A DNA stretch of 64,000 nucleotides from Schizochytrium sp. TIO01 (GCA_004764695.1 SMSO01000025.1:2976001-3040000); one strand, 5' to 3'. Shown: positions 1-11,112, numbered from the stretch's first letter. The notes: generated by a model not told the origin, from the letters alone. Numbers and translations are program-made.

Positions 1-1744
1 AAGCTTTCTCGCCCGAGAGATTGGCCGCTACAGTGCTACGAGTGGCCCGTTTTGGTGGAGGCTGTGTCCTGCCCGTCGCTGTATTATCGCTGGAATGGAG
101 GCTTATTCACTGCTACGAACACCTCAACTGAAGATGGAGAACCTCGGAAGCTGGAAGAGATCAATCAGCTCCACGATATAGTCCACCAGTCGATCGTTCA
201 CGCATTCGAAGGCTCGACTCGAGCTCTCTCGGGGTAGCTGGCTGGCTGGAGTGGCCTCGACATCGAAGACGCCTACCGCCTCGTGGAAATCGCGGTGGTC
301 TCGCCACATCTAGCGAGCTAGCTGCCAGCTACTCGGACTTTTCTCATGTGGATTGTGGCCTGCACAAAAATGCGGAATTAGTTCCCAAAGCGACAAAGCA
401 GCTTTGGCTATGCTTATTCTTGTGGCGATGACCCTGACGGGTCAGTTACACGATGACGCCAGAAAAACTGCCCCGTGTCTTATTGCTCTTTCAGAGGATG
501 CGATGGGCGTTGTTCACACACATCCACAGAATTGCAAAGCCCGTGACCAATCAATTGTGCAAGACTGATAGTATTGCCTGGAGCATGATAAACTTTGAGA
601 GCGCTAGCGCTACTGCAATTATGGACTTGGAGTAATGCGCGAGAGATGGTCTTTGATGCACCCCCTATTTATGAAATTGAAGTTAGCAAGTTTGATTATC
701 AGGACGAAATAATGGGGTCACTGGCTATGCTGAAGTATGAAGTATTTTAAAAATAGAATTCAAAAAGGTATTCATTATTCACGTCATTGTTGTTGATACA
801 ATTGATACTCTAATGTGCTTTTAAATAATTTGACATTACATATGTGCAAATGGGAATCTGGGTATCGCCCTGATATCCGTTTTCAGAAAAATGTGCTAGG
901 CAAGACTACTACAAAATGAGTAATTTTTTTAAATGAATTATAGGCCAAAAAAAAAAAAAAAAGTGAATACTGGTACTGTGGTGGTAGTGGCCTTACTCTA
1001 GATAGCAATAGGACGTTACCTACCTACAATCTACTCATGTCGTAGCAAAAGTATATGTATATAGGTACTTACAGGACTGGAAGACATCGTTTTCACCAGG
1101 AACGCATAGTGAAGCTCTCCTTTACGAAGCCGGCCACTTACTTCTAAGAACTAAAAAAATCGGAGTTTTGGCGTTGAGCAGAGAATCTTTGAGTTGGAGA
1201 CTGCAAATAAGTACAACACATTACATTTCGTTTGGTTTTTAAGTAGATCTCAGATTGGAGAAATAGGGCGCGTTTCATTATTTGTCGACTCTGCTCCGAT
1301 TATCTTGACATTTGGAGCCAGCAAAGGCACTTGACCTCTCACTTCAAGTATGTGCTAGGTGAGCCATGAATCAAAGAAGACTCAAATACTCAAATCTGCA
1401 TCGCATCTAAATGCCCCCATCCAGTATAAAAACACAACCGCACCCTTCACCTGTACAATCAAGTTTCTCAGAAATTTGAAACATCCGAGAGAATCAAAAA
1501 TTATAATGAAGACCCACATTCTCGTCACAATCAAATCTATATAGATTGCTAATTTAAAGTGTTCAGGAACTACTACTATCATTAGTAAACAACTGCATGT
1601 TATAAATATTGAAGGAACAATTATGCAAAGCCTAACCGGGTTTAGAGCTCTGTCAAATGCTAACCAGCCCCATTTGGGGGGCTGATACACTTGATCAAAT
1701 ATTCAATAACGCTGCACAACAATCAGGACGTTTGTACCCATTAT

Positions 1745-2707
1745 TTAGTCCATGACGAGACGCATCTCTTGCTCGCTCGGCGCCGAAACCTGAAAAGGTG
1801 CCGGGACTGTAGCGGCTTCTTCTGCGCTCGGAGGCTCCGCAGATGAATCCAATGTCTGCAAAAACCTCCCAACTGCAGGATAGTAGATATGGGGATAACT
1901 CTCAACGATGTCATTGTGCCCTGCGCCTGCAATCCAAAGCGTATGTCGACGATCGCTGGGCACCTTATTTGCGAGATCCTTACCATGGTTCACGCCAACT
2001 TGGTCATCGTCCTCACCATGAATAACCAGAACAGGACAATCAACGTTCTTAATACGGTCAATATTTGGATAGATGTCACAACAACACAGAGGACCCCTGT
2101 TTTCCACGAGCACTCGTAATCCAGATTTTATCGGAGAATGTAAAATAAGCCCAGCTACTTTGCGCCGCGACGCAAGCCATGTACTTGGACCTGATCCTAC
2201 AGATTGACCCATTAATACGATCTGTCTGCTAGGTTCTGAAACCAAGTGTGTTGCCACATATTCATACGCTGCTTCGATGTCAGCATAAGTATCAGCAACA
2301 CTTGGTCGGCCGTTTGAAGCGCCATAGCCCGTATAATCGTATGCAAATACATTTACTTTCGCTAGCTGGCACAGCTGAATATAGCCCTCTCGCATACTAC
2401 CGCAGTCTGCGGCATTGCCATGAGAAAATAAAACAGTCAACTTCGCCTCCGCATGCCTGTACAGAAATCCAGGAATAAAGCTTCCGCGCTTTGTCTTCAT
2501 TATGTTGATCTCAACATTAGGAAATGGGGAGTAAACAACTTCTGGATGCAAGATCCATTGCAATTCCGAGGGATTCTCTGGAGATGGTCGCAATTCATAC
2601 AGCGGTGGATAAGGTGGGACAAATGTTAGCGATGCTGCCACCGATGCCGGATTGCACTTGTGCTCCACCGTTAACATGTAACACAGTTGTGAAAGTACGC
2701 CTCCCAT
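1745..2707 (-). CDS. ABHD17: ABHD17-family alpha/beta hydrolase (putative protein depalmitoylase)
   Basis: 320 aa. Motifs LFSHGNAAD, YDYTGYGAS, nucleophile GQSVG, LILHSPI, VIHGEDDDQV and GAGHND give a Ser-Asp-His triad typical of ABHD17/FAM108. The N-terminus MGGVLS fits the myristoylation consensus. Confidence 0.85.
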   Translation of the reverse strand: MGGVLSQLCYMLTVEHKCNPASVAASLTFVPPYPPLYELRPSPENPSELQWILHPEVVYSPFPNVEINIMKTKRGSFIPGFLYRHAEAKLTVLFSHGNAADCGSMREGYIQLCQLAKVNVFAYDYTGYGASNGRPSVADTYADIEAAYEYVATHLVSEPSRQIVLMGQSVGSGPSTWLASRRKVAGLILHSPIKSGLRVLVENRGPLCCCDIYPNIDRIKNVDCPVLVIHGEDDDQVGVNHGKDLANKVPSDRRHTLWIAGAGHNDIVESYPHIYYPAVGRFLQTLDSSAEPPSAEEAATVPAPFQVSAPSEQEMRLVMD

Positions 2708-3661
2708 GATGCTTGGGTTCTAGAATATAGACACAGTCGCTCAACTCAGGTCTTTTACGCCAGATCTTGCTAGCCTCAAGAAGAAGTCCAAGGGTACGCC
2801 TTAAAGTACCCTTGAACGCGCGTTTTTATATTTCTCTGATCACGTAACACGTGCCAAGTGCAGGTATGATTCTACTTAAGTTATGAGAAGCAATGCATGC
2901 GATACCCGGGCCGTTATGCGCACACACGTGTCAATTCCCCGTCGGCCCAGACCAACCTCACAGCCCTGCGTAAGGAGTCGTCGAGCTGTCTCGCCAACCT
3001 AAACAGTGCTCGGTCAGCACGAATCAACTCTACCACCTAGTACCTGTAGTATGGGTAGTGCAAATGCTCTGCCTACCAGCTCCGACCTACCGTGCCTAAC
3101 CAGCTATTAACAAAGCACAACAAGCTCCTCGAATAATCGCTTTTGCTAGCTTGAGTGGTGCTGTTCACAAGATCTTGCAAACACAGCTTCGCCGATTATA
3201 CTTCAAAAGCCAAGCGTTGATTGTTGTTTGGGATACGTCGCATCGTTGCAGCAGATTGCTTTGCCCACTTCTCATAAGTGCATAACCAGTACTTAATTAA
3301 GCATAAGTAATCCTAGTCGCTCAGTAAGTTAGTACTTTCTTTCCTTACACAATGCTCTTTCATTTTTCATAGAGGCAGTCCTACATACTCAGCCTAAGTA
3401 GCTATGATTGATTTGGCGGTGAGGTCTTTCTTTGAGAAAAGAGGTTCAAATCAAGTCAGGTAGACCCGTTAGACCATTAATTGAAGCTTGTTTGGGAATC
3501 TTGAGGCTATTTGGGGCTGAGAGCGAGGTGAACGCAAGGCAAAGTAACTTTTGGGAGCAAGGAAGGGAACAAATACTCCGGTTGGATTGTAGAAGTCCTG
3601 CAGAAACAAACAAAGGGAAAGACAAGCCCTGAAGGCGCTCAGGAACGAACTTAAGAGAACT

Positions 3662-4969
3662 ATGAAGCTGTTATCTAGCAGCTTTATGGTTGCTGCAAGC
3701 GTAGCTCTTCTTGCGTGCCCCATAAAAGCCGGGTCTTCATCTTTGTCGTCGTCGCCTGGTATTGTTACAGGCGAAAACTATATGCGGGATGATATCAAAA
3801 TGCATGGTGTTGAGGAAGAGGACGAGATCCTTCAAAGTATGGGTATGGAGGCGTTGGCAGAAGCTGACTTAGCCTCGCGCGAAAAACCAACATTTCGAGA
3901 CCGGTCCACTCCACCCTTATGGAACAGTAACTCGACTATTGAAATCGTTGCCACACTTCCAGATGCTCCATTCGGAGTCGCTATAGAGCACAAAAGTGGT
4001 CGACTCTTTTATTCTGCTCATCCTTATGCTAACCCTGATCTAGACGCGGGTGAAGGTCTTTTGAATGAATGGATCACAGATGAAGGAATCTCTCGTCCTT
4101 TTCCTTCTCCTGAATTTCAAAAGAAATATGTGCACAAGATTGCTGCAATTGCAGTGGATAATATCCGTGGCTGGCTAATTGTTCTTGACAGTCACCCATT
4201 TGAATATCATCAGGAAATGCGCATCATTGTGATAGAGATCGCCTCTGAAGAAATTGTCCATCGCTATACTCTACCTTATAGAGATATTGGTGATGCAACC
4301 GGCCACGCAATGGTTCTCTGCCCTCGTTCACAATTTATCTACATTGCTAATTCTGGCGTGCAAAAAAGTATACCTTCTTTAATTGTCGTAGATATACATA
4401 TATGGCGTTCATGGTCGCTCTTGAAAGGTCATGAATCAGTTGCTCATCGATCGGTTTTGCCAATCCTCAATAATCAAGACCCTATTGACTATCCGTGGCT
4501 AACTGGCCTTTCATCACTTGCAGTCGACTCCAAAAATGACAGACTTGTCTTTGGATCAATGTTCGGAGACTACCTTTACAGCCTTTCCCTTAAAACCCTT
4601 CGTGGGGTTATGAACCCAAAGGTCGCAAGCTCCCTTGGTACACAGATCCAACAACTTGGACCCAAAACAATATCTGATGGTATTGTTGCAAACCCAGCGA
4701 ACGGGGATCTATATATCTCTGATTTTGAACATTCTGCAGTAACTTTAATTGAACCTACGCAAGGGTGGTCAGTTATGACACTTGTACAGGACTCTCACCT
4801 CTTACGTTGGCCCAGTAGCATTGTCATAGCCAATCATTATGTTTATGTCGCCTGTTCAGCTTTTGACAAGATCATGGACGGGGACCATCGTCTTCATGCA
4901 AAGCCATTTCATATTGTAAGGTTTCCTGTTTATGACGCTAGTTCTGAGACCAAGCATGACGAGTTGTGA
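3662..4969 (+). CDS. Major royal jelly/Yellow-like six-bladed beta-propeller protein with signal peptide and HDEL
   Basis: 435 aa with a hydrophobic N-terminal signal peptide. Propeller-type motifs (GVAI..SGRLF, AIAVD..RGWLIVLD, KTISDGI, LYISDFEHSAV, LLRWP) resemble the MRJP/L-dopachrome tautomerase-related family. Ends KHDEL. Confidence 0.7.
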   Translation: MKLLSSSFMVAASVALLACPIKAGSSSLSSSPGIVTGENYMRDDIKMHGVEEEDEILQSMGMEALAEADLASREKPTFRDRSTPPLWNSNSTIEIVATLPDAPFGVAIEHKSGRLFYSAHPYANPDLDAGEGLLNEWITDEGISRPFPSPEFQKKYVHKIAAIAVDNIRGWLIVLDSHPFEYHQEMRIIVIEIASEEIVHRYTLPYRDIGDATGHAMVLCPRSQFIYIANSGVQKSIPSLIVVDIHIWRSWSLLKGHESVAHRSVLPILNNQDPIDYPWLTGLSSLAVDSKNDRLVFGSMFGDYLYSLSLKTLRGVMNPKVASSLGTQIQQLGPKTISDGIVANPANGDLYISDFEHSAVTLIEPTQGWSVMTLVQDSHLLRWPSSIVIANHYVYVACSAFDKIMDGDHRLHAKPFHIVRFPVYDASSETKHDEL

Positions 4970-5384
4970 AATCCTCTACCATATTGTACCAAATCTGCGC
5001 ATTTGGCAGAATCAAAAGGTCCTTACCTAAGAAAATATGGATTTTCGTTGACCTCTTCTGCTTTTCTTGGTTGTTGACTCTTTTTTTTTATATATTTTGT
5101 CGCCCTCTAGATTTTCTGTGTCGTAATGTTCAACGTTTTCCTCTAATTCATAAAAAATTTAGTTACAATGTCTTTCTTTATATTTTGAAACATGGAAGGG
5201 GAAATATCAGAGAAACAACGGTCTGACTGATACAGATTAACTTAGAATTGATCAAGTTCATATATAATTTGAATATTTCATTTTTAATTAATTTGTGGGA
5301 TATACGTGCAAGTGCACTGAGTTCTTTTCTCGTGAGTACAACCTCTGACCTCTACAGTGTACCCCATATAAGCTAGTAGCAAAT

Positions 5385-6287
5385 CTACAAGCTAGACTGC
5401 ACTTGCCAGTGGCTCAGCACAGGGCCTCGTACCTGTCGTGAACGCGCCTTAAAGCTCTCACGAACGAGTTCCTCTTGTGTTTCCTTAGGCATTTCATCCT
5501 GACCTTTGAAGAAGTCTTCAAGAAGCTCTTCAGGCACAGTATCGAAGGCACACTCCGCGCTGGCGTAATGACATGATATTGCCTTGCGAAATCCTTGCGT
5601 AGAATTTCGTCCACTTCCATGAATCAACAATGGGTGGAAAAAGACACAATCTCCAGTTTCCATTTCCAGGTAAACTCGCTTCTCCATGTCAATATCGTCC
5701 TTCACGCCATGGTAGAGCTTATTAACACCACCTTCCCAGTCAGGGTTACCATGGGTTAGCAGAGGACCCTTATGACTCCCCGGAATCACGGCCAGGCACC
5801 CGTTCTCGCGATGGACATGTTCCATTGCAACCCATGTAGCAATGATCTTGTCTGCAGGACGGATTGGAAAATAATGCAAATCTTGATGCATAGGGTGCCG
5901 CGACGTGCCCTGTCCAAGATCAGGGGGCTTGTTGATGAGCATGTTGTGAATAGCACGTACTGACTCGCTGCCAATGACTGCCGATACGTAATCCAACATG
6001 AGGGAGTGCTTGCAAAACTCGAACATTACTGGGTCCTCTTGAAAATCTTGAATCTTGGTAACATCCTTACTCGAGCGAATCTTGCCCTTCTTGCGTGCAA
6101 TCTCAATATCCTTCATGACGGTCATACCAAATGCTGGCTCAACCTTGCCTGAGCAGATATCTTCGAACCTATCCCTGTAAATATCCAGCTCCTTCGACGA
6201 GAAAAGCCCCTTTACCACAAAGAATCCGTCCTTCTCATACTGTTCTTTCAGCTTTTTCAGCTCCTCTCCTTGCGGTACCGCCGCCAT
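5385..6287 (-). CDS. PHYH: Phytanoyl-CoA dioxygenase (PhyH family, Fe/2-oxoglutarate)
   Basis: HNMLINKPP, RHPMHQDLHYFP (HxD), ENGCL.VIPGSH, FFHPLLIHGSG and FRKAISCHYAS closely match PHYH. Start placed at ATG 6287; the track start at 6320 is TTG. Confidence 0.92.
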   Translation of the reverse strand: MAAVPQGEELKKLKEQYEKDGFFVVKGLFSSKELDIYRDRFEDICSGKVEPAFGMTVMKDIEIARKKGKIRSSKDVTKIQDFQEDPVMFEFCKHSLMLDYVSAVIGSESVRAIHNMLINKPPDLGQGTSRHPMHQDLHYFPIRPADKIIATWVAMEHVHRENGCLAVIPGSHKGPLLTHGNPDWEGGVNKLYHGVKDDIDMEKRVYLEMETGDCVFFHPLLIHGSGRNSTQGFRKAISCHYASAECAFDTVPEELLEDFFKGQDEMPKETQEELVRESFKARSRQVRGPVLSHWQVQSSL

Positions 6288-7641
6288 GATTGCCAACTTG
6301 GTCTTCCCAACAAGAACCAAACTTAAAACACCAAGACTCTAAAACTTGCTTGGGCTTGCTCTTGAGGTCTCAATTCCGGTTTGCTCCCGAGTCTCACTAG
6401 GGCACCTAATTCTCTTCACTATGTTTCTCCAATCCACCTCTATGTATACCTATCCTTACAGGACGATAATGGTAGTATCCTCTCTCCTGTTTTCGTAGTA
6501 CTGGACTATCTCTGGACTTCGGTCCGCCAGGTCCACGAACCAAATTGCACCTTCCATAGTAACCCCCAGCCTTACTCAAAGGCAGAATCCAGGTCCCCGT
6601 ACTCTTCAGCAAGCTTCAGGCGAACTCCCCTGTCCATTGCTCCGAGCGAGATTCCTGGCCTCTGAACCCAAGCCGCGACGTGCAACTGAGCAGCCAAATC
6701 GCTCAACCAGAAATCTTCATTTCAGAACTGGCGGACCGGCAGAGAAGCATGCATGCCGGCTTGGGGGTGCTTTGCGAGACGTCCCAGGATACGGTAATTT
6801 AGAACGTTCCTTTTGTTCTTGTGCCTTTTGACCTCGGCTATAGGTATGCCTAGCCTAGCTAGGGAAGTGTAGAGATATTAATCAATACGGGAAACAGCCT
6901 AGCCTTGAGAAAGATGAGCACATTAACATTAACTCGAAGCACAACGAAGTAGGAATGTCCTTCCTGCTCTTGGATGTAAGTAGTGATCGTTTATTTGGCG
7001 TTTTGGCAACTTGCATCGATACTCATGTCGGCACTTCACAAGACCCGTGTTGACTCCAACGGGAGCGGTAGAGCCTCTTCAGGATGACAGCTTTATTCTT
7101 TTTATTTTTACATGTAGCTTTCCATGTTATTTTCTAAAACAATTGATTGATTATTTCTTATTGTGTATAAAATTTAAGTGCTTACAGTGAGCATTATTTG
7201 CAGTAGGTAGTACGAAACCCTCATTAGGGCTTATGGGGATGCAAAATGTGCAAGCCCGAAGTATAAGTGGAAGGTAAAAAGAGCATCACCACATATCTTT
7301 CCTCTTTTCTTGAAGGCGGAAAGGATCTGTGTTCCATATGGCCATATGGCTCGCACATGTCTCACTGGTAGAGTTGCCGGTGACAGCATGTGTATGCGCT
7401 TGATATGTTGTGTTGCAAAGAGAGCAAGACGGTGGCCAAATCTTGCAAAGATTGAACAACAACTCAAACAGAGAGGCCCTGGAAGGGCTCTGAATCTATA
7501 TCAAGATGTGGATGACCTTCTCAGCAATCTGCTAGTTTTCTTGTATCTTTTCTTAGTCTGAAGAGATAACTGGCAGAGCATACTAGTACTACTTTGTCTA
7601 CTACTTTGTAAGAAAATTCTTTTTGGAGAAGGAAGCAACGT

Positions 7642-10600
7642 TCAGGCGTCCATCACAGAGGTAAATCCAGAGGGTGTATGAGGTCCGATAACGAGTTGCT
7701 CTGCGCCTGAAATGCCTGAAGCAACAGCCAATGGTGCATCCTCAGGTCCCGCATCGCGGCCGTACAAAGCACATCGGACATTGGATACTTCTTGAATATG
7801 CCAAGACAAAGGTTCCATACGATTGGCCATTTCTGTAGACAATTTATCGCATTGCACAAGCAAATCAGGACCATGGGCCATACCGTGCGCCATGCTGTCA
7901 TGGCTGTATCCGATTCCCGACATGAAGAAGGGCCGAATTGGCTCAAATTGAACAGTTACACGCCGCCCATCCTGGAGGACCATGATCACTGTGCAGGTTT
8001 GGAAATGACGTGTGCCATTGGTTTGATACTCCAACGAGTGGCCTGCAGCCTCAACCTTGCCATAGGGTGCATGTTCCGGTCCAAAGGGGTCGCCAAAGAT
8101 GTGCGCAGCTCCATTTTCGACTGTGCCATCTTCAGTCTGTTGTGAATGATACGTGAATCCACCATTTGGGACGTTGATGGGAGTCCAGAACCAGTAAAAC
8201 TGAGGCAGGGTCTGTGCGAGAGGTCTGCAGGCTTGGTTGATGGCGTATCTTGCCAGACGGTTTGACACAACGAGGTTGCGCTGCTGGTTCCTCTTAGCAC
8301 CTTTGTCTGCTTGGAGATGCGGGCGTCGACCCCACGAACGGTCGCGTGTACCCCACCAGTCGTTGACCACGATCTTTTGCGACCCGTCCACGAGAATAAG
8401 TCCATCCCAGCCCACAAGTTGAGTGAATCGCTCATACGCAAACTCACCAATGCCTCGGATGTTGTTCGCGTAAGGTGGTTCCATGACTGGCTCAAAACGG
8501 GCTTTCATTGTCAAAGATGCCTCCACCTTACCAGGAACAGTTACATCGAGCTGAGCAACCTGCAACGGCCGCTTAATGGTGATACGGATTGGTCCAACAG
8601 CACTGTCCATGGTAACTCGAGTCGGAGCTTCGTTAGCATCTATATGAGAAGGCCACTCTTGCTCGGTGAGCTTGCGTGAAACACGGACGTTGTGCTGCAC
8701 ACCTTCCACAATCACAGAAAATGAGGCATCCATCACGCGACGAGCCGGGTAGAATCCGAGAGCAGTCGCAAAGAATACCTTTCCTTCCGAATCGTAACCA
8801 TTGAGGAACCAACGATCATAAACATCACGGCGACCCTCCCCCGCAGGGATATCTGCTCCATCCTTTAAATTTAGGAGAGATTTGGGCGAGAAGTGCGCCA
8901 GAGGTTCATCGTACGGAGTAGCACTGCGAATCACCACAGGAGCATCAGAGGGCCGGTCTCCAGGGAGCGCGATTCCAGCACGGTCGCGTTCAAGCATTTT
9001 GTCTTCGACATGTCGGTAAGTAGTGAGCACACCGTTCAGATTTTTACCATGTGCTCTGCGCTGGATTACTTCGTAAAGTACTTCCGAAGCATCGATACGT
9101 TCCAGTGCTTTGACCACTCGTCTTAGCATGCACTCGCGACTACGCTGGAACTGGGCCTGCGCCGTAGCACTCAGAGATGCTGGTGGAGTAGCAAAGATCG
9201 GAGTCATGGCCGCAAGAAACATAGATAGGCGGTAGTCCCGCCAGCAGGTCTCCGATGTATAGCCACCAAGGCGCTTTGCATCCCCGAGAGCTTCGCTGAG
9301 AGACTTGACATATTCGGAAACCAGTACACGGTCACAAGTATCCCCAGCATCAGGTGCTGTATCCAAGTCAAGGCCGACGAAGGTAGCCAAATCATAGATT
9401 CCCTTCCCTTTGGAGCTTGATTGCCATTCAGCACTGAGCCAGCGTACCTTACGGCGATCATATGCATTATCAAACTTTAGCCCTGAGTGGCAGACTTGGT
9501 CTTCTTTTATGCCTTCCACAGCTGCGGGCCACAACATGTTTTCCTTACGGGCATTCCCATGAATCACAGTCATTGGGCCTTCCATCAGCTCGTCCAAAAC
9601 AATGTCGAGGTGATCAATGAATGCTCGAATGCTTCGTTGACTCTCGGGACTTACCAGATTGGCAAATTCAGGCTTCTTCATTAATGACTGAAATCCAGAG
9701 TCAGCCTGGTAGTTCATAAACAGAGGATGCAGTGTCTTAAAGGCGTCAAACGCAGCATGCCAGTGCAGGCCAAAGTCATTATCCAAAACCTCTTCTGAGG
9801 GTCTCCAGTGCACAGCGTGGAAACGAGCGTAGCGAGATGCCACGCTGCAGGCTTCTTGCCAGCTTGCGCCATCAATCTCGCAGCCAGGCTGGAGAGGCTT
9901 TGCATCTTCGAAAAGAAAGCATGCGTCCCCAGACAAGCGGTCAAAGTCAGCTTTGAAGCAGCGTGGGACTTCTAGGAAAGGTTTATCCATTTTGGTCGCA
10001 AAATCTTGCACGCGTGGCGCAACGGTATCATAAAAGTACGTTTCGCGCTGGTATCCACACAGAGGTCTGAGTTTGAGCTTGCCCCATACATCTGTGGTAC
10101 TCATTTTCACGACAAACGAGGTCGGAAGCTGTTGTGCGTTGGCTTTGGCTGCATCAGAAAACCTCACGGTGAGTCGGGCGGCGTTGCTAAGCGAAGCTCG
10201 AGGCACGGGCTCCTCATCTTTTGCAAAGCTTTCATCTTCGTCATCAGACGCCTCCACGGAGAAGAGCGGCGCAGTTGTGAGCTCTACGACATTGGCTCCA
10301 ACAGCCTTGCTCACCCACGCTGCATCAACTTCTGCAGGTTGCCTTGGAAATGAAGGCTTCGGCAGAACCGGCGTGCCTTCGAGGCGTGCTGCTCTCAACG
10401 CCATAACGAAGAGTGTTCGCGCCGCCATGAGTTTGGCCCTCACCACCTGCCCAAGTATAGACTGTGGATCGTTCATTGCCCAGGCTGCAAGTTGTGCATG
10501 CCCCAGCGTCAATGCGAGCAGTTGCAAGAAACCTCGTTGGCCCCATCGTCTCGCTAGACGGTGTAGCATCCACTGCAAAGTGGAGAACCCGGACCAGATC

Positions 10601-11112
10601 CCAGCAGCGAGGCCCTCGCGATTTTCCACGACAACAGGAGCGCCCTTGGATGCTGCCAGGGTCTGATGCTGCAGAAACCCATGGCATGCAAGCCGGGCTG
10701 CAGCTGTAATGGCAGTGAAGCGAGCGCCAAATTTCCATGCCAGGGCTACAATCAAGAGGTCGCCAGCCTGCAGCATCTTGACGAGGTTTGGCCAGATCTG
10801 TGGAATTTGGGGTGTAGGGTCGTCCAGCCAAAAGACCTTGCCAGAACCCGTCGCATTAGGCCTCGAATTGCGTGAATTGATCTCCGTTGATGCTGCAAAT
10901 CGCGACCTATTTCCGGCTGAGTAGGACTTGGATTTGCTGCCATCTTGAGAGGCCATCTCTCCAGAGGCCTGCTGCTGGAGGCCCACGGAGGCGGGGGGAG
11001 ACGCGAGGTCGCTTGTGCGCGGGCTGCGCAGGTCTTCCTCGCGACGGACGACCTCGAAGTCGTCTTCACCCATCCTAGCGGCAGGCGCGGCGCTAGCTGC
11101 GTGCTCGGACAT
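7642..11112 (-). CDS. Membrane-associated APH/choline/EcKL-kinase-like pseudokinase fused to a C-terminal DRSWG beta-barrel (tocopherol-cyclase/AttH-like) domain; paralog A
   Basis: 1156 aa uninterrupted ORF. Disordered N-terminus, hydrophobic segments (~10780-10470), kinase-like fold (FVVKM, RETYFY, HGNARKEN, AEWQ, YDLATFV) and C-terminal domain (YDRWFLNG, GTRDRSWG, EQLVIG). Colinear with the 14704-18354 paralog. Confidence 0.8.
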   Translation of the reverse strand: MSEHAASAAPAARMGEDDFEVVRREEDLRSPRTSDLASPPASVGLQQQASGEMASQDGSKSKSYSAGNRSRFAASTEINSRNSRPNATGSGKVFWLDDPTPQIPQIWPNLVKMLQAGDLLIVALAWKFGARFTAITAAARLACHGFLQHQTLAASKGAPVVVENREGLAAGIWSGFSTLQWMLHRLARRWGQRGFLQLLALTLGHAQLAAWAMNDPQSILGQVVRAKLMAARTLFVMALRAARLEGTPVLPKPSFPRQPAEVDAAWVSKAVGANVVELTTAPLFSVEASDDEDESFAKDEEPVPRASLSNAARLTVRFSDAAKANAQQLPTSFVVKMSTTDVWGKLKLRPLCGYQRETYFYDTVAPRVQDFATKMDKPFLEVPRCFKADFDRLSGDACFLFEDAKPLQPGCEIDGASWQEACSVASRYARFHAVHWRPSEEVLDNDFGLHWHAAFDAFKTLHPLFMNYQADSGFQSLMKKPEFANLVSPESQRSIRAFIDHLDIVLDELMEGPMTVIHGNARKENMLWPAAVEGIKEDQVCHSGLKFDNAYDRRKVRWLSAEWQSSSKGKGIYDLATFVGLDLDTAPDAGDTCDRVLVSEYVKSLSEALGDAKRLGGYTSETCWRDYRLSMFLAAMTPIFATPPASLSATAQAQFQRSRECMLRRVVKALERIDASEVLYEVIQRRAHGKNLNGVLTTYRHVEDKMLERDRAGIALPGDRPSDAPVVIRSATPYDEPLAHFSPKSLLNLKDGADIPAGEGRRDVYDRWFLNGYDSEGKVFFATALGFYPARRVMDASFSVIVEGVQHNVRVSRKLTEQEWPSHIDANEAPTRVTMDSAVGPIRITIKRPLQVAQLDVTVPGKVEASLTMKARFEPVMEPPYANNIRGIGEFAYERFTQLVGWDGLILVDGSQKIVVNDWWGTRDRSWGRRPHLQADKGAKRNQQRNLVVSNRLARYAINQACRPLAQTLPQFYWFWTPINVPNGGFTYHSQQTEDGTVENGAAHIFGDPFGPEHAPYGKVEAAGHSLEYQTNGTRHFQTCTVIMVLQDGRRVTVQFEPIRPFFMSGIGYSHDSMAHGMAHGPDLLVQCDKLSTEMANRMEPLSWHIQEVSNVRCALYGRDAGPEDAPLAVASGISGAEQLVIGPHTPSGFTSVMDA

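Noticed and set aside
1-237. Frame +1 open from the window edge to a TAG at 235-237
   Set aside because: It could be the 3' end of an upstream gene, but it has no recognisable motif and is too short to support.
2790-2826. Short inverted repeat (AAGGGTAC...GTACCCTT) and AACGCGCGTT palindrome upstream of ABHD17
   Set aside because: An 8-bp arm hairpin and a 10-bp palindrome are expected by chance in 64 kb, and there is no independent support.
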